Positions 51,025-64,000 of a stretch of 64,000 bases of DNA are shown here, one piece after another. Position numbers and translations under genes: made by a program. Under the pieces are notes generated by a model. The model saw only the letters and a list, made by a program, of their open reading frames with translations. It was not told the DNA's origin and ran no database searches. The DNA lies in NCBI GenBank assembly GCA_013265495.1, contig MU058287.1, positions 434,001-498,000 of the forward strand, in the 5' to 3' direction. Each line of letters begins with the position of its first letter. Within the stretch, counting starts at the first letter, position 1. This DNA comes from Vicugna vicugna (Eukaryota).

Positions 51025-52079
51025 TGCTAGAAAATAAGCTTCATGATAACAGGGACCTGCCGTCTTCTCTTTAACTCTGTCTTCAGTGCCTAGAATATTA
51101 GTTGCTCAATAAATGAGTTGAATGAATAACTGAATGGGGGAGATTACTGGAGAAGAACTTTCTGGAAGGAATTTTGTGCTGGGCACCAATCAGGCCCCAT
51201 AGTTTAGGTCTCAGTCCTTTGGAGAAAGGAGCTGTGAGTCTAAAATGAGCTCTATTTCCAGGGGCCACTGGACTGATCGGTACTTGGTGTACCCAGCACA
51301 GCATGATGTACAGGGAATGGCTCATCCATGGTCCCCTGGCACAGGTGTACTGGGGAGACACATCGTCACGTGACCTTGAGGGCAGGACATCTGAGGGGAG
51401 TCGAAGAAGAGGAATGGAGACTCCCAGATTCATGGGACAGCTTTGCTGGGGACCAGAAGCCTTGCATCAGTAGTGGGGAGGGAGCCAGAGAGAGCTGCTT
51501 TATTACCTCTCACTCCATCTCATCCTTAACCACTGGCTCGTGAAGTCTGAGGAAATTCATGTGTTTTCACATTCACCTCCCTCAAGACTATCACTAGTTG
51601 AGGGTCAGGTGCATATTTTCTCTTCCTTTGATGTCTCCATGGTGTAGAGCCTGGTCTCTCAATTATGTCCTTTTCTCCAAGTACTCCCTTTCTTTTCACC
51701 TGTGTCTTGACATGTGTGATTCTCTGCACTTCAAGGGCCTCCTGTTTCTTCCTTCTATGATGGAGAGCTTCCACATGTCCTTCAAAACCCTGGTCAGATG
51801 TTCCTGCCCTACTAAAAACTTAATTAGCTCCCCTGGCCAGAGTTGCTTGCTCTCCCCTTTGTGGTCTCATCGTTTCATCACAGTGCCTCTGCATTGTGTT
51901 AGAATAATCTGTTTATTCAACTGTCTCTTCAGGATGACTGAGTATTCAAGGGTAATAATCCTGTCCTGAAATCTGTTTATCCTATCTTCATATCACAATA
52001 TCTGGTTATGAAAGAAAAAAAATTTAAACATGTTTGGAATGTTAAAAACAGATCATCTACAATTTTTTCTAAGAGGCAG

Positions 52080-52470
52080 TGGGTATGTGGATAAACAAAA
52101 TATGGTGTGTACACGCAATGGAATATTATTCATCCATCAAAAGGAATACAGTTCTGATACAAACTACAACATGAATGAACCTTAAAAACATTATGCTAAG
52201 TGAAATAAGCCAGACACAGAAGAACAAATTTATTGTGTAATTCCTTTTATATGAGATATCTAGAAAAGGCAAATTCAGTGACAGTAGCTTTGAGTTTGTC
52301 AGGGGCTGGGGGTGGTAGGAAGGAGGAAACAGGTACAGAGTTTCTGTTTGAGGTGATGAAAACTTCTGGAAATAGTAGGGGGTGTACGTAATACTGCTGA
52401 ATTAAATGTGTAAAAAAATGGTTAAAGGGATAAACTTTATGTTATGTGTATTTTACCACAATTAAAACAA
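52080..52470 (+). mobile_element. L1M (MB-like) 3' fragment
   Basis: ggataaacaaaatatggtg...aatggaatattatt...aaacattatgctaagtgaaataagccagacaca...ttttaccacaatt. Confidence 0.85.
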
Positions 52471-54104
52471 ATGCAAGGAGTAGAGAAGAAATAAATGAAA
52501 GAATGAACAATAAAATATTCCAAAGACACAAATGTAAAGTAGTTCAAAAGTACGTAGATCAATTAAATGTGATACAGCTTACTACAGACTCCTTATGAAG
52601 AGAAGAAAATCTGTTCTTTCTCTTGATGCTATTTTTAGGGAAGTCAGTAAGATTCCACCAAAGCCAGCACTGTCTTCTCTTATTCTCCGATGTCATCGAC
52701 AGCAAGTGTTGTTTTTTTTCCCCCCAACATTTAATTAAACTAGTATGAAATTGTTTTGCAAATTTGAGATAAATCAAACTTGGAGTATTGAAGTGCATTA
52801 GAAAATTAATTTCCTTGGCTCATTTTAGTTTTTAATCTGTGTTTTAATATTACATATGTATCCAGCTCATCTTCAAGAGTGAAAATTAAGGAAAGTGTAA
52901 TAACATGACTCATCCTTGTAGTTTTACTTTCGTGGGATCGGAGCCCTCTGTTACGTCAGATTAATCTTTTGCTTGGGTTTTGTGTCGTGAACTCACACAC
53001 ATTTATGGGAACTCATTAGAAGGAGAAGCCTGTATTTAAAATTTCCCTCCATGAAAGACTTAGAGAACAAGAGGTAAATCGTGTGGGACACGAGGAAGCA
53101 CGTCAGAGCTGCTGACGTCAGAGCCGATGATGAGGCCGGGGTTGTGCTTTGGATCACGCAGGGGCGCAGTGCCCAGAGAAGGTGCCTGCTAAACGCTCAG
53201 GCGGTGGTTCTCGGAGGGCTTGCTGAGCAGACGCAGAGGCTTTGGCAGAACCTAAATGGCAAAGTCACAGTCTCAGGGCTCTAAAAATAACAACAGCAAC
53301 CCCAGCAAAAATGCAAGTCCTTATGTGTGGGAAGTATAATGGGAAATGTATCGATTGGTATTTTTGTCCAGATGCGTGAAGAGTGATCACAAGCAGATAT
53401 GCTCCCCTTTTCTCCAAAGGAGGGTGGTCTAAAACATCGATCACCATCAGCAGAGTTTTCTAGCAAGAATGACAACTCGAGTCAACAGATGTGTATGAGG
53501 AGTTTTCTGATTGCAAGTGGCTGGAACAGAACTGAAATCAGCTCTTGTGTGTTCGTCCTTTCATGCTACTCACATTTAATGAGCACCTACTATCTGCCAA
53601 GCATTGTTCTAGGTACTTGGAATACATCAGTGAAGCAAATCAAGACCAAGTTCTTTGCCCTCATGAAGCTTATGCTATAGAAGGAAAAAGCAGAAAATAT
53701 AGAATACACTTTATACGTAAGTACATTATATAATGTACTAGAAAATGGTGTTACAGAAAAAGGAGAAAATAGAGAGAAACAGGAAACATGAGAGTGCCAA
53801 AGGGAGGTGGGCGTGGGGGCAGGTGGCTGCAGTCGGGTGGTCTGGGCAAGCTTTACGGAGACATGGGCAAAGACTTAGAGCAGAGTTAGTACAATTTCTG
53901 GTGGCAGTGACGTGGTATGTGAGAGGAGCCTAGGATGGCTCCAAGGTGTCTGCCCTAAGCCGCAGAAGGATGGTGTTGCTATAAGCTGAAAGCATGGAGG
54001 CTGTGAGTATCGCAGGCTTGGAATGAAGATCAGGAGTTCACTTTGGACACATTGATTTTAACATGTCTATTGGGCACCCAGGTAGAGATGTTGAGTAGGT
54101 AATT

Positions 54105-54490
54105 GGTTTATTACTTTCCTATTCTTGACGGAATGAATTACTGTAAATTTAGGAGGCTAAAATAACACAGGTTTATTATTGCATAGTTTTGAATGTCAGA
54201 AGTCCTAAAATCAAGGTGTTGGCAGGGCTGGGTTCCTCCTGGAGAATCTAGGGGAGAATCTGTTTTCTTGCCTTTTCCAGCTACCAGAGGCTGCCTGTGT
54301 TCCTTGCCTTGTGGCTCCTTCCTCCATCTAAAGTGCATCACTCCAAGCTCTGCTTTATCATCATGTCTCTTTCTCTGACCCTCTTGCCTTCCTGCTTATA
54401 AGGACATTTATGAGTCTATGAGACCCCCCTGGATTAGCTGGGATTATCTTCCCTTCTCAAGATCTTTAAATTAATCACATCTGCAAAGTT
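54105..54490 (-). mobile_element. MLT1 (MaLR) LTR inserted in L2
   Basis: tcagaagtcctaaaatcaaggtgttggcagggctgggttcctcctggag...ttaatcacatctgcaaag; L2-like sequence from ~53560 resumes afterwards. Confidence 0.82.
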
Positions 54491-57241
54491 ATTTGACTCT
54501 GGAGTTCTGTAAGAGACCCAGGCTAGAGGAAACCGCCGGCATTTAAAGCCCTTACTGGGGAACTTGGTGGCTCCCATAACTTAGGATAGGGAGGAATTGG
54601 ACACTGGATCCTTAGATTGAAAAGCTGTCTTTATAGTGCTTACTCTCTCTCTCCTTTACTCCACTCTCCAACCCTCCTCCGCACTCTCTCTGCTCTGGGT
54701 GCCTGAGACGGGTTCATTCTCTCCCACTGCAGGATCAAGCATTGTTGTCAGTAACTCCAGGTTTAAATGATCTTAGTGAGAAACCCCAGAGAAAAGATAG
54801 AGCTTCTCTCTTGCGGGGTCCTCCGCACATAAAATCCCTCAGGGCTCTAACAGGGCCTAAGTTGCACGCTAGATGGATGGGGCTTTTGGTGTCACCCCGT
54901 GACTGGTGACTGTTGGTCCCAAGAGAACCACAGGGAACCGGGGTTGGGGAGGGGTCAGTTTCTCAGAGTAAGGGTGGGCAGGGCTATTTCTAGAAAAGAG
55001 GAAGAGATGCTGGTGCAACAAAAACTGTAGCTACACTAAAAATACTGCAGATGTTTAAGATTATTTCTAATGAAAATTTAAACACAACCCAAAGCAGACA
55101 GGTTAGTCTAACGATCCCTCATGGACCTATCACTGCGTTTCAACAGTTACTAACTCTAATTCAATTTATTTCTTCCATGTGCCTAACTCCTCCCCAACCC
55201 CTAGTTCAAACTGTTTTAAAGTAAATTCCAGACATCATCATTTTTCCTGTCAATATTACATTACGAGTAAGGACTCTTGAAAAAACAAAGCTGCAATACA
55301 ATTATTGCACTAAATTTTTTTTAACATTAATATCATCAACCATTCAGTCAGTGTTCAAATTTCCCCACTCGTCTCATAAATGATGATTTGTGTCAGGATC
55401 CTAATGAGGTTGATCCATTCCATTTGGTTTCAGAATGTCCTTCTGAAATATATCTGTAGACTAGTTGTCTAAAGCCACTCGTGAACACCCGCTTTGTCCC
55501 GTGTGCCTCCTCGTCCGTGCACTTGGGCACGGTGCTGTCTCTGCCAGGGCAGCTGCCTTTCTCTTGTCACTCTCACACTTTCACTTTAAATCCACCGCCT
55601 CTCAGCACCAGAGCGGTGTTTGCGCGGCAGGTATTCCAGAGTCATTCTGAAAGCAGCAGATGTGGTTTGGGTGAGTCTAGCTTTTGAAAACCCCCAGAGC
55701 TCTAGTTAGGCAGCATGGCGGTCACACCGCCCTTCCTCCCGTGGGCTCCCATTTGGAGATGGAAACAGGGATGTTGCCTCCGCATCGTTCTCTCCGTATA
55801 GGATTCTGCCCTGTAGTTTCAGACACTTTGCTTTGGGTAGAGCCTTCACTGAGTGGGTCCATCGGACCTGCTAAGGCAGACAAGTTGCTGAGCTGCGGAA
55901 TGAACTTCCCTCTCTGTGGTTTGTGTGTTGGGGTTTTGACCTGTCAGTGGATCCCTCAGAGCCGTTGAGGTTCAAGGTAAGCTCTAGGGGAGAAGAAAGG
56001 GGGCCTTGAAGCCAAACAAAGAAGCACCAAGTGTCAGGCCTCACCTTTGGGAGGGGCTCAGCGGTTGCCCCTGCTCCCTCCGTGCCGTGGAGAGGGATTT
56101 TGGCGCAGTTGCTGCGAACCTTTTCACAGAACTGTAATCACATACACAGTTTACTCTTTCATTCCCCATGATATCATAAACACTTCTGTTATTACAGATT
56201 TTCCTTTACCTTAATTTTTTTAAACGTCTGTAATATCCAAGAAGTTACTTCTTGGTGGAAAGATGAATGTACCAGGCAGTGAAAGGGACACCTGGAGCCA
56301 GGAGGACAGCATCCCAGGCCTGGCTCGCCCCTAACTGGAAATAGGACCAAAGGCCCAGTGCCCGCCTCCTCCATTAAGTGGGGACACAAGTTCTTATTTC
56401 ACAGGATTGTTACAGAGATGAAATGAAGTGATGAGTTTCTAGGGCCTTTGTGCACTCGAAATGAATGTTTAGAAACAATGTGCTAATATCTCTGTTTAGG
56501 TGCAGCACGCAAGGTAGAAACTCATTGTTCCTGTTGATCAAAGACAGTGAGTCCCTGAGACCAGAGCCCGACAGTTAAGGGGCGAGAACGTGCCTGTTCC
56601 CTCTGGGCTCCTGGAGCCAGCTCAGCAGGCGGCTCAGTCAGTAGCCGCGGGGTGGCACTTTCTGAAAGACGTGCATCCTCGTCCTCCTCTCCTCCCTCCC
56701 TTAGGTGAGCGGCGGTGCATTCCTAAAGCAGAGGTGAAGTGTTAAACCTAGAATGTGGAACATCCTGGAAAAGGTTACTCTGATTTCTTTCTAAATGGAG
56801 CTGAGAATTTCAGACCTTTCTGATACCACACATTTCTGATGAAGATTTGTGGAGTCTCCTCTCTCTTTCTAGGCTATTTTATTTTTATATTTTGAAATGA
56901 ATGTGCTTAGAGTTTAGCGTGTTTCTTGCACATTGTAGGAGTTCGGTAGACCTGTGTTGGCCTGAATTAAGACGTAAGTCGAGGAGAATTATACATGCAG
57001 ATATGGTAATTATCTCTATTTCTTTTATCACCGAAGAGGTGATTACAGCTTTTCTACAGGACGATAGAACCATGCGCACCTTTTAGGTTTGTTCAGTCGG
57101 AGCTGCACATGTGATCTGACAATACCTCCTGTCCATTCGGTTCTGCGCCCTTCGCTGTTGTCTCGCTTCCTATTCCCAAATTATTTCTCCCTAGAGATTT
57201 TTTCCTTCTGGACCCAGTCGCTTAATCTTCCCATCCCGTAT

Positions 57242-57660
57242 TTGGTAGAGACTTCAAGTGCTCACTCATGTCCATGAGAAAGGATTGCACTTTTCCTGCC
57301 TCCCTGGCAGTTGGGCGGGGCTGTGTGATTAATTTTGGCCACTCGGCCATTAGGGTTAGAAAAATGGGTTGCTCACAGGCTGAGGCAGTGAGAAGCTCAG
57401 CTTGTGCATAATTCTCCCAGCTTCCTTTCCTCACCCATCAACTGAGGAAGGCACAAGTTCAGAAAACTGCAGCTGCATGATGGTGAAGTCTCCATCAGCC
57501 TTCACCTTGAATCACCGCATGAGGACAGTTTCCTTGGAGAGTTACCTGGCCCCACGCTGGACTTTGTGTGACTGAGAAATAAATTTAGGTGGTGTCAAGC
57601 CAATGAGACCTGGGAACTTTTTGTTACGGTGGCACAATCTAGTCTATGCTGACTGCTGCA
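57242..57660 (+). mobile_element. Old MLT1 LTR
   Basis: cacttttcctgcctccctggcagttgggcggggc...gagaaataaattt...ttgttacggtggcacaatctag. Confidence 0.7.
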
Positions 57661-59569
57661 CATTCCATCTCTAAAAATGCCTCAGCTTTGATTTTATTTT
57701 TTTATTTTTTTACTTCCTTTGAAGTGGTTTATTTTCCCATTTTTTATACTCTTTTATGTTGAAATAAATTCAGATTTGTAGGGTTGTAAAATAGTAAAAG
57801 AACTGTTATCTGCCTTTCATCCAATTGCTGACATTTCACAGCACTTGTTTTATCACTTCCTCTTTCTATATACATCTTCATATTAATTTTTCTGAACAAT
57901 TTGGGAAATAATTGGAGACGTTATAGCCCTTTCTGCTAAATACTTCAGTGTATATTTCTTAAGAACAAGGGCTCTCTCTTATGTAACCACATTACATCAA
58001 CTTTGATTTTAAATTGCCTATTCTTTGATAAGTCTTTCCTGTATGTAGATAGTAAATCTTTAAAATTTTGATGTGTCTACATTTTTTAAATTAATATCCA
58101 AGTATTTTCCAAACTGGGGAGTGCATACCACTAGTGTGGTATGTGAGATAATCCTACGTGGGACATAGACTTGTATGTATTTTAGATATTTATTTACATT
58201 TATAATTTGCTTCTATTTATGGCAAGTGATTCCCATTTTCCATTCACAGTAGTTACATAAATATTTCTTTTAAAATAACCTTGGAGAAAATGCAGTGATT
58301 TAAAGAGAAAAATCCAATAGATAACACTATAATCGCCATGTGGATATGGCAAAAATCAATAGAGATGGCTTTCAAATGACTGAAGGGTTGGGAAGCTGCA
58401 TATGGTAAATTATTCAAAGGCATATCTGTCAAAGAAGATGCCCACCAGACAGGGAGACTTTCGTTTTTGACACTCAGTGTTTAGCATCAGATTCAATAAA
58501 TGTTTTTGAAAGAGTGAATATTATTATAATCAAATAATAATCATTATGCTTAATACAAGCCCCAACCCAATCCTTTGAGGTCAGTTGCAATGTTTTTCTC
58601 ATTTTCCCCTGTTCTTGAGGTTCTGTTTGCAGTAAGCATATTAGGCTCAAATCAGATTTAACCAAAGATTAGCATTTGTGGCATTATGACATTTAAGAAT
58701 TTAAAATATGTAAGCATAGTTGACATTTTTAAAATGACAGTTTGTTGAGCTTATATTCAGAGGGGATATAAATTGCTCTTGATCTGACTGCAGTCACAAC
58801 GTGGCCCCATTGATTCTTTCTTTGCTCCATCCCCTGGACTCTAACCACACATGGCTTTGCGTTCCTGGTCATACCCTCCAGTGTGGTACCTTGGCATCTC
58901 TCACCTTGCTGGATATTAAAGTGTGAGATGAGGAGTAACATGTTTGTCAGCGACATGGGTAGTAAACATTGTTCTTGGGTGACATCATACATTTCATTTC
59001 AAATGAAGCCAAGAAGATGTTCTAGCAATAGCTGTCTTTTGATTATCATTTTGATACCTTTTCAGTACGGCCACCAGAGCTGTTCCTGAGGTCACCGCTG
59101 GCATCCCACGCTAGGTGTGCCAGACCCTCCCCACTAAGCCCCTCCCTTTGCTCTCCTCCCTAAGACCGGCACATTGTTAGGGAGCTTAAACAATTTAGCA
59201 GCAGCTTTAGAGATGTCTACAGTAGAAAAAGAATCCACAAATGGTGGCCAGAGGGCGGTGCATTTGCAAGTGGAGAGGGTAGCAGTTCATCCACTGTTTC
59301 CAGTAGAGGGACTTCTGCCCTGACTCTGTAAGTGTCATTCCAGGCACTTCCCTAGGCTGACAGTTTCATTGCTGGGCTAGATGTCTTTCTGCGTCCCTGC
59401 TCAACCCCAGAGCCCTGTACTCCTCCCCTTCCTCCATAGTTCGGGTTGAGGACAATTGCCTTGGTTTTCCTAACCTAAGCAATGGCTTAGACAGTAGTGG
59501 TCAATGTTTATTGTAATAGCATAGACATGAAGAGGCAAATTATATTCATTTTTTTCACAAATTTTTTTA

Positions 59570-60190
59570 AACTTTCTAATTTAAAATAACATTAGTCTTA
59601 TGAAACTGTTGTGAAACTAGTGCACAAGTTCTCATATGCCCTTCACCTGGCTTCTCCAAAGGATGACATCTTACAAAACCATAGCAAGTTATTGAAAGCA
59701 GGGAGGGGACATTGATAGGAAGCTACTCGCTAATCTACAGGACTTACTCAAAGTTAGCCGGTTAGCCCTCTAAGGGCCTTCAGTCATTCCTGTCTGCACC
59801 AGTCATTATTGTGGTGCTTGCCACATGGCGGTTTTCTATCTCTATTATTTCTTCTACATTTATTAATTGGAATCCCACTATAAGGAAGGGCTGTCTCTTC
59901 TGAGCTATTTATTATTCATTCAATTATTTATTTGTCTCAGTGTGGACTCATGAATATTTATTTTATTCTGTATGTTATAATCCATTGCTATTATTATTTT
60001 ATTGCCCAAATTGTTGCATATTTGGCTATTGAGAGATCATTCAGGTTGCCTCCTGTATCCTTTTGACCTGTCCCCATCATTTTTTAAAAGCACTTCTTTA
60101 TTTTCTGGCACCATAGGATGTTCCAGGCTCATCTTGTGTTCCCTGTCCCATCCTAGAATCAGCCACTCCTCCTAAGAGCCCTCAATTCAG
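59570..60190 (-). mobile_element. L1MC-like fragment
   Basis: cccttcacctggcttctcc...gtgtggactcatgaatatttattttattc...ttctggcaccataggatgttccaggctcatcttg. Confidence 0.75.
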
Positions 60191-61945
60191 TATTTTTTTT
60201 AATGTTATATTTATAACTTTCTATTCATATTCCTTGAAAAATCGTATTTACCTTGTGGGGTGTTAATGTAGGAGATATTAGATATTTTTCCTACCATAGA
60301 CAGTGCTTGATTAATTATGAAACATTGATCTGCCAACAAGTCAGATTACAAAAAAGCATGTTCTGCTTTGTTCTGTATGATTAAATAAAATGGGAAGCCA
60401 CACAATTAGGGTTTTTTCATTAAAAGATCTGCTATGCTCTTTCTTGGTTCTCTATTTCTTTTTTGTACCTAACCATGGAGTTGATATCTTTTAGATTTTT
60501 TTCCTTGCTTTTAGACTCTGTTCTTGCTAAAAAAAATTCTTTTCTCCCTCATATAAATTTTCTCTGATGTTCCTCGTCTGCGATTTAGCTCCTCACTGGC
60601 CTAAATTCCTCTCACCTCATCTTTTATCATGACACCTTCACCCTTTGCTGAATTCCTGGTATAGCATCTCTGTTTCTCTGACTCTGATGCCAATTTTCTA
60701 GTCAATTCAATCAATACATATGGCTCAGCACTGAGGTGGACTGGAAAGTTTCTTGGCCAAAACTGGAGGGTCAAAATGCCTCCATCAAATGTAACCCAAT
60801 CATATAATTTTTTTCTAAAGAGAGAGAAAGTTTCTTATAAAAATTGATTTGGGGCTCAGAAAGTGGTTTATTTTCTTTTGAAATTCACAAATCTGACTGC
60901 AACAAATCTATTTTTTATTGTCACATTTTAAAAACCTAATTTCCTTAATCTGTGGAAGTTTGGTCTTCATCACATCCAATCCAGAGTATGAAACGAGATT
61001 TTTTAACTTTCTAATTTGAAATAACTGTATACTTTGCAAACTGTGGGGAACCTGGTATACTTAGTGTGCTCGTACACCCTTCACTCAGGCATGCGTATAA
61101 TTTCCTGACAGGCTATATTTCATTATATGTTACGTCCATGATCTTCCCACTCAGAGTTAGCAGGACCCTGTGGTCAGCATTGGGTGGTGACCTTAGCGTT
61201 GACTTCCCTTGACTCCCACAGTTATCCTCAGATTTTCCTATGAAGAAACCCCCTCTGTGCAGGATTATGGTCCGTGTGGTTTAGAGGGAATGACCCATTG
61301 TTTTCTCCAGGGCTGCGGTCTAGTTTGGATCTTGGTTAAAGGGGTGTGTATGATCCATCCGGCCAATGAGATGTGTAGAGACTTTCACTGGGGCTTATGG
61401 AAGAGAAGTTTCTTCTGTATTCCACGGAAGCCCCTGGCTGGTACACTGTGACCCCGGTGGTCATATTGTCAACATGGGGGGAGACTGACCATGTGTGAAA
61501 GTGACACACTAAGGAGGAAAGAGCCTAGAGAATTTGAGTCTCGAGGATGGATGCACTATGCTGGGGGCTGGCACTACCCCCAGACTTCCGTTTTGTAAAT
61601 CAGTGAATTCCTCCGCAGTCCCCCCCCGCCGACTTTTTATTTTTTGCTAAGTAGTTTTTATTTGGGTTTTCTGTAGCTTGTAAAGATTTCTATTGATACA
61701 GGCCCTTTTCTGTGCATTTTGTCATGTTACTTGGACCTGTGTTAATCACATGCCCATTTTTCCTCAAGTAGATTATCATGTCCTTGGAACTGTGCATTAA
61801 ACTCTCACCTGCCTTTCTGATCTTTGTGCAGGGCATAGCCCATCCATTTAACTATGCTCTCAAGTCTACTCTATGCCAGGCTTCTGCTTGGATCTAGGTC
61901 TCAGTATGTATTTGTAGAATTGTGAATTTTATTTAATGTTCTACC

Positions 61946-62475
61946 TGTATTAGTTTTCTGTTGTTACATCACAAATTACCACAAACTTAGCAGCTAAAGC
62001 AAATCACAGGTTCCCTGATTCAGAACCCTGAGCACAATTCAGCTGGGCCCTCTGCCCAGAGTCTTGCCAGGCTACAATCAAAGTGTCAGTGGGCTGTGTT
62101 CTTATCTGAAGGCTTGACTGGGGCCAGGGCTACTTCTAAGCTCGTGCACCTTGTTGGCAGAATTCATTTCCTGGGGCTGTGTGACTGAGGGCCCCAGCTC
62201 TTTGCTGGCCGTTGACTGAAGGCTGCTCACAGTGGCTTCCTGCATTTGGCTGCTGACTTCCTTAATCCAGGAAGGAGAAGCTCTTGCTCTTGTCTGCTGA
62301 AACAGTCTTACATAATGTAACATAATCACAGAGTGACACCCTGTCCACTTTGCCACATTCTATTGGCTAACAAATCACAGCTCCCATTCTCACCCAAGGA
62401 TAGGGAATGACACAAAGACATGGACATCAGGAGGTGGGAAATCACCGTGGGTCACCTTAGGGTCTGTCCTCCGCA
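61946..62475 (-). mobile_element. MLT1 (MaLR) LTR
   Basis: tgtattagttttctgttg...acaaattaccacaaacttagcagct...ttgttggcagaattcatttcct. Confidence 0.85.
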
Positions 62476-62501
62476 CCACCTTAAATGCTCATGTCTAAAG
62501 C

Positions 62502-62989
62502 ACAGGAGATATGGGTCCCAGCCTGACACAATAAAGTGAATATTGTGATAAAGTGAGTCACAAGAAGTTTTTTGGTTTCCCAGTGCATATAAAAGTTATG
62601 TTTACACTATACTGAAGTCTGTTAAGTGTACAATAGCATTGTGTCAAAACAAACAAAAATCCCAATGCATTTACCTTGATTAAAAGGTACTTTGCAGCTT
62701 AAAAATTGCTTATCATCACTAGTGCCTTCAGTGAGTCATCATAGTAACGTCAAAGATCATTAACCACAGATCATCATTACAAATATAGTAATAATGAAAA
62801 AGTTTGAAACATCATGAGAATTACCAAGATGTGACACAGAGACATGAAGTGAGCAAATATTAGGAAAATGGCGCCAATAGACTTGCTCAACACAGAGTTG
62901 CCACAAACCAATTTGTAAAAGAAAAAAAAAAAAAGCAGTATCTGTGAAGCACAATAAAGCAAAGTGCAGTAAAACGAGGTCTGCTGGTA
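62502..62989. mobile_element. Tigger1-derived non-autonomous DNA element
   Basis: ttttttggtttcccagtgcatataaaagttatgtttacactatactg and gcacaataaagcaaagtgcagtaaaacgagg; both terminal regions lie within ~490 bp. Confidence 0.85.
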
Positions 62990-64000
62990 TCTTCTTTTAG
63001 CTCCATAAGAGGGTTTTAGATCTCTCAACATACAAGCTCGTACAGAATTCAGTATTTTAAAATTATAGGTACTTTTTGTTTTTCACGTCAGGAGAGACAT
63101 TGAGTTTACTTGAAGTTTCTTTTTATGATCACCTGCATTTTCTTCAGGTTGAATCATTTTATAAATACTCAGAAAATGATTCTTTAGGATATGTTTTAAA
63201 TTTCAAAATATTTTAATGTTCTTTTAATGGCATTAAAAAAGCAGGAGCTCCTGGAGTTGGTTGCATTAGAAATTTAATGTAAATATTTTTCAGACAAATT
63301 GAAACTTCCTCAATAATAGTGTTGAAGAGAACCCCAAAAGATGAGGCACTGTCTCCTATAGATATTTCATTTCAGTTCTAAATCTAACAACTGGCCTCTG
63401 CCATTTGTTTTTTCAGTAATAGAATGATGTTAACAACAACAACGAAAAACCAAACTCCTTTCCCGAATGTAAAAGTTGACACTTTTAATAGGGACCTGTG
63501 AAATTTGGCCAGATTTTTCTTTACAGAATGGTTAGGTGTGACTGTCAAGTTAGATTTCTCAATATTTACTTATCTAGTTAACTACAACAAATACCCTTTT
63601 GGAACATTATGTCGAGCTATAATTAGGCAAATAAATAAATAATCATTGACAACTCTGAAAGCATTTCCAAGCAATAAATTAAATTACTCTCTTGCATGTA
63701 TTTTCATAGTTTTATGTTTGACTTTGTATCTGCCAAGTATTTCCCCCCAGAGTCTATAAAATGTCATAATTCCAAGCCACAGTTCAATAAGACAGCTTAG
63801 CTTTCTGGTATACAAAAACTCTTAAAAATAAAAGTTGGTTAACTTACTCCTATCTTTACCTGTGTTTAAAAAAATTGTTCTGTATAGTTTGTATGACAAC
63901 AGATATTAATTTCCTAAGATACTTGGAAATGTTATGGTACAGAATAGTTCATATACAAACAATCTGTTCTTAATATTTTTGGTGATAAACTGCTTTCAAA

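Noticed and set aside
27355..64000. Further PHACTR2 coding exons (MDNA/MGQT starts, RPEL repeats)
   Set aside because: None found in the ORF track or by eye; the region appears to be first-intron sequence.
1..64000. CRISPR array, prokaryotic operon/defence system, intact provirus
   Set aside because: No regularly spaced repeat-spacer array, no gene-dense ORFs, and no gag/pol/env; all LTRs are solo.

Overview
Mammalian genomic DNA, very probably from a camelid (tRNA-derived Vic-1-type SINEs and a young cetartiodactyl-type L1). It is not prokaryotic: no operons, CRISPR arrays or RNA genes were seen. The window holds the 5' ends of two divergent genes about 20 kb apart, each on its own CpG island. 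FUCA2 (secreted alpha-L-fucosidase, GH29) has coding exons 1-2 on the minus strand and continues off the left edge. A far-upstream first coding exon of PHACTR2 lies on the plus strand, and its first intron fills the rest of the window. Most other sequence is interspersed repeat (ERV1-type solo LTRs, MaLR/MLT, L1, L2, MIR, Tigger, hAT). Several insertions keep readable target-site duplications. The most interesting unexplained signals lie between the two genes on the minus strand: a CpG-retaining, codon-biased candidate terminal exon (10213-10456) with phase-compatible upstream candidate exons, and a decayed ~85-bp tandem array split by an MLT1. Gene and repeat-family names come from recalled sequence similarity, not database searches. 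Boundaries of old repeats are approximate. I cannot claim a demonstrated novel system.
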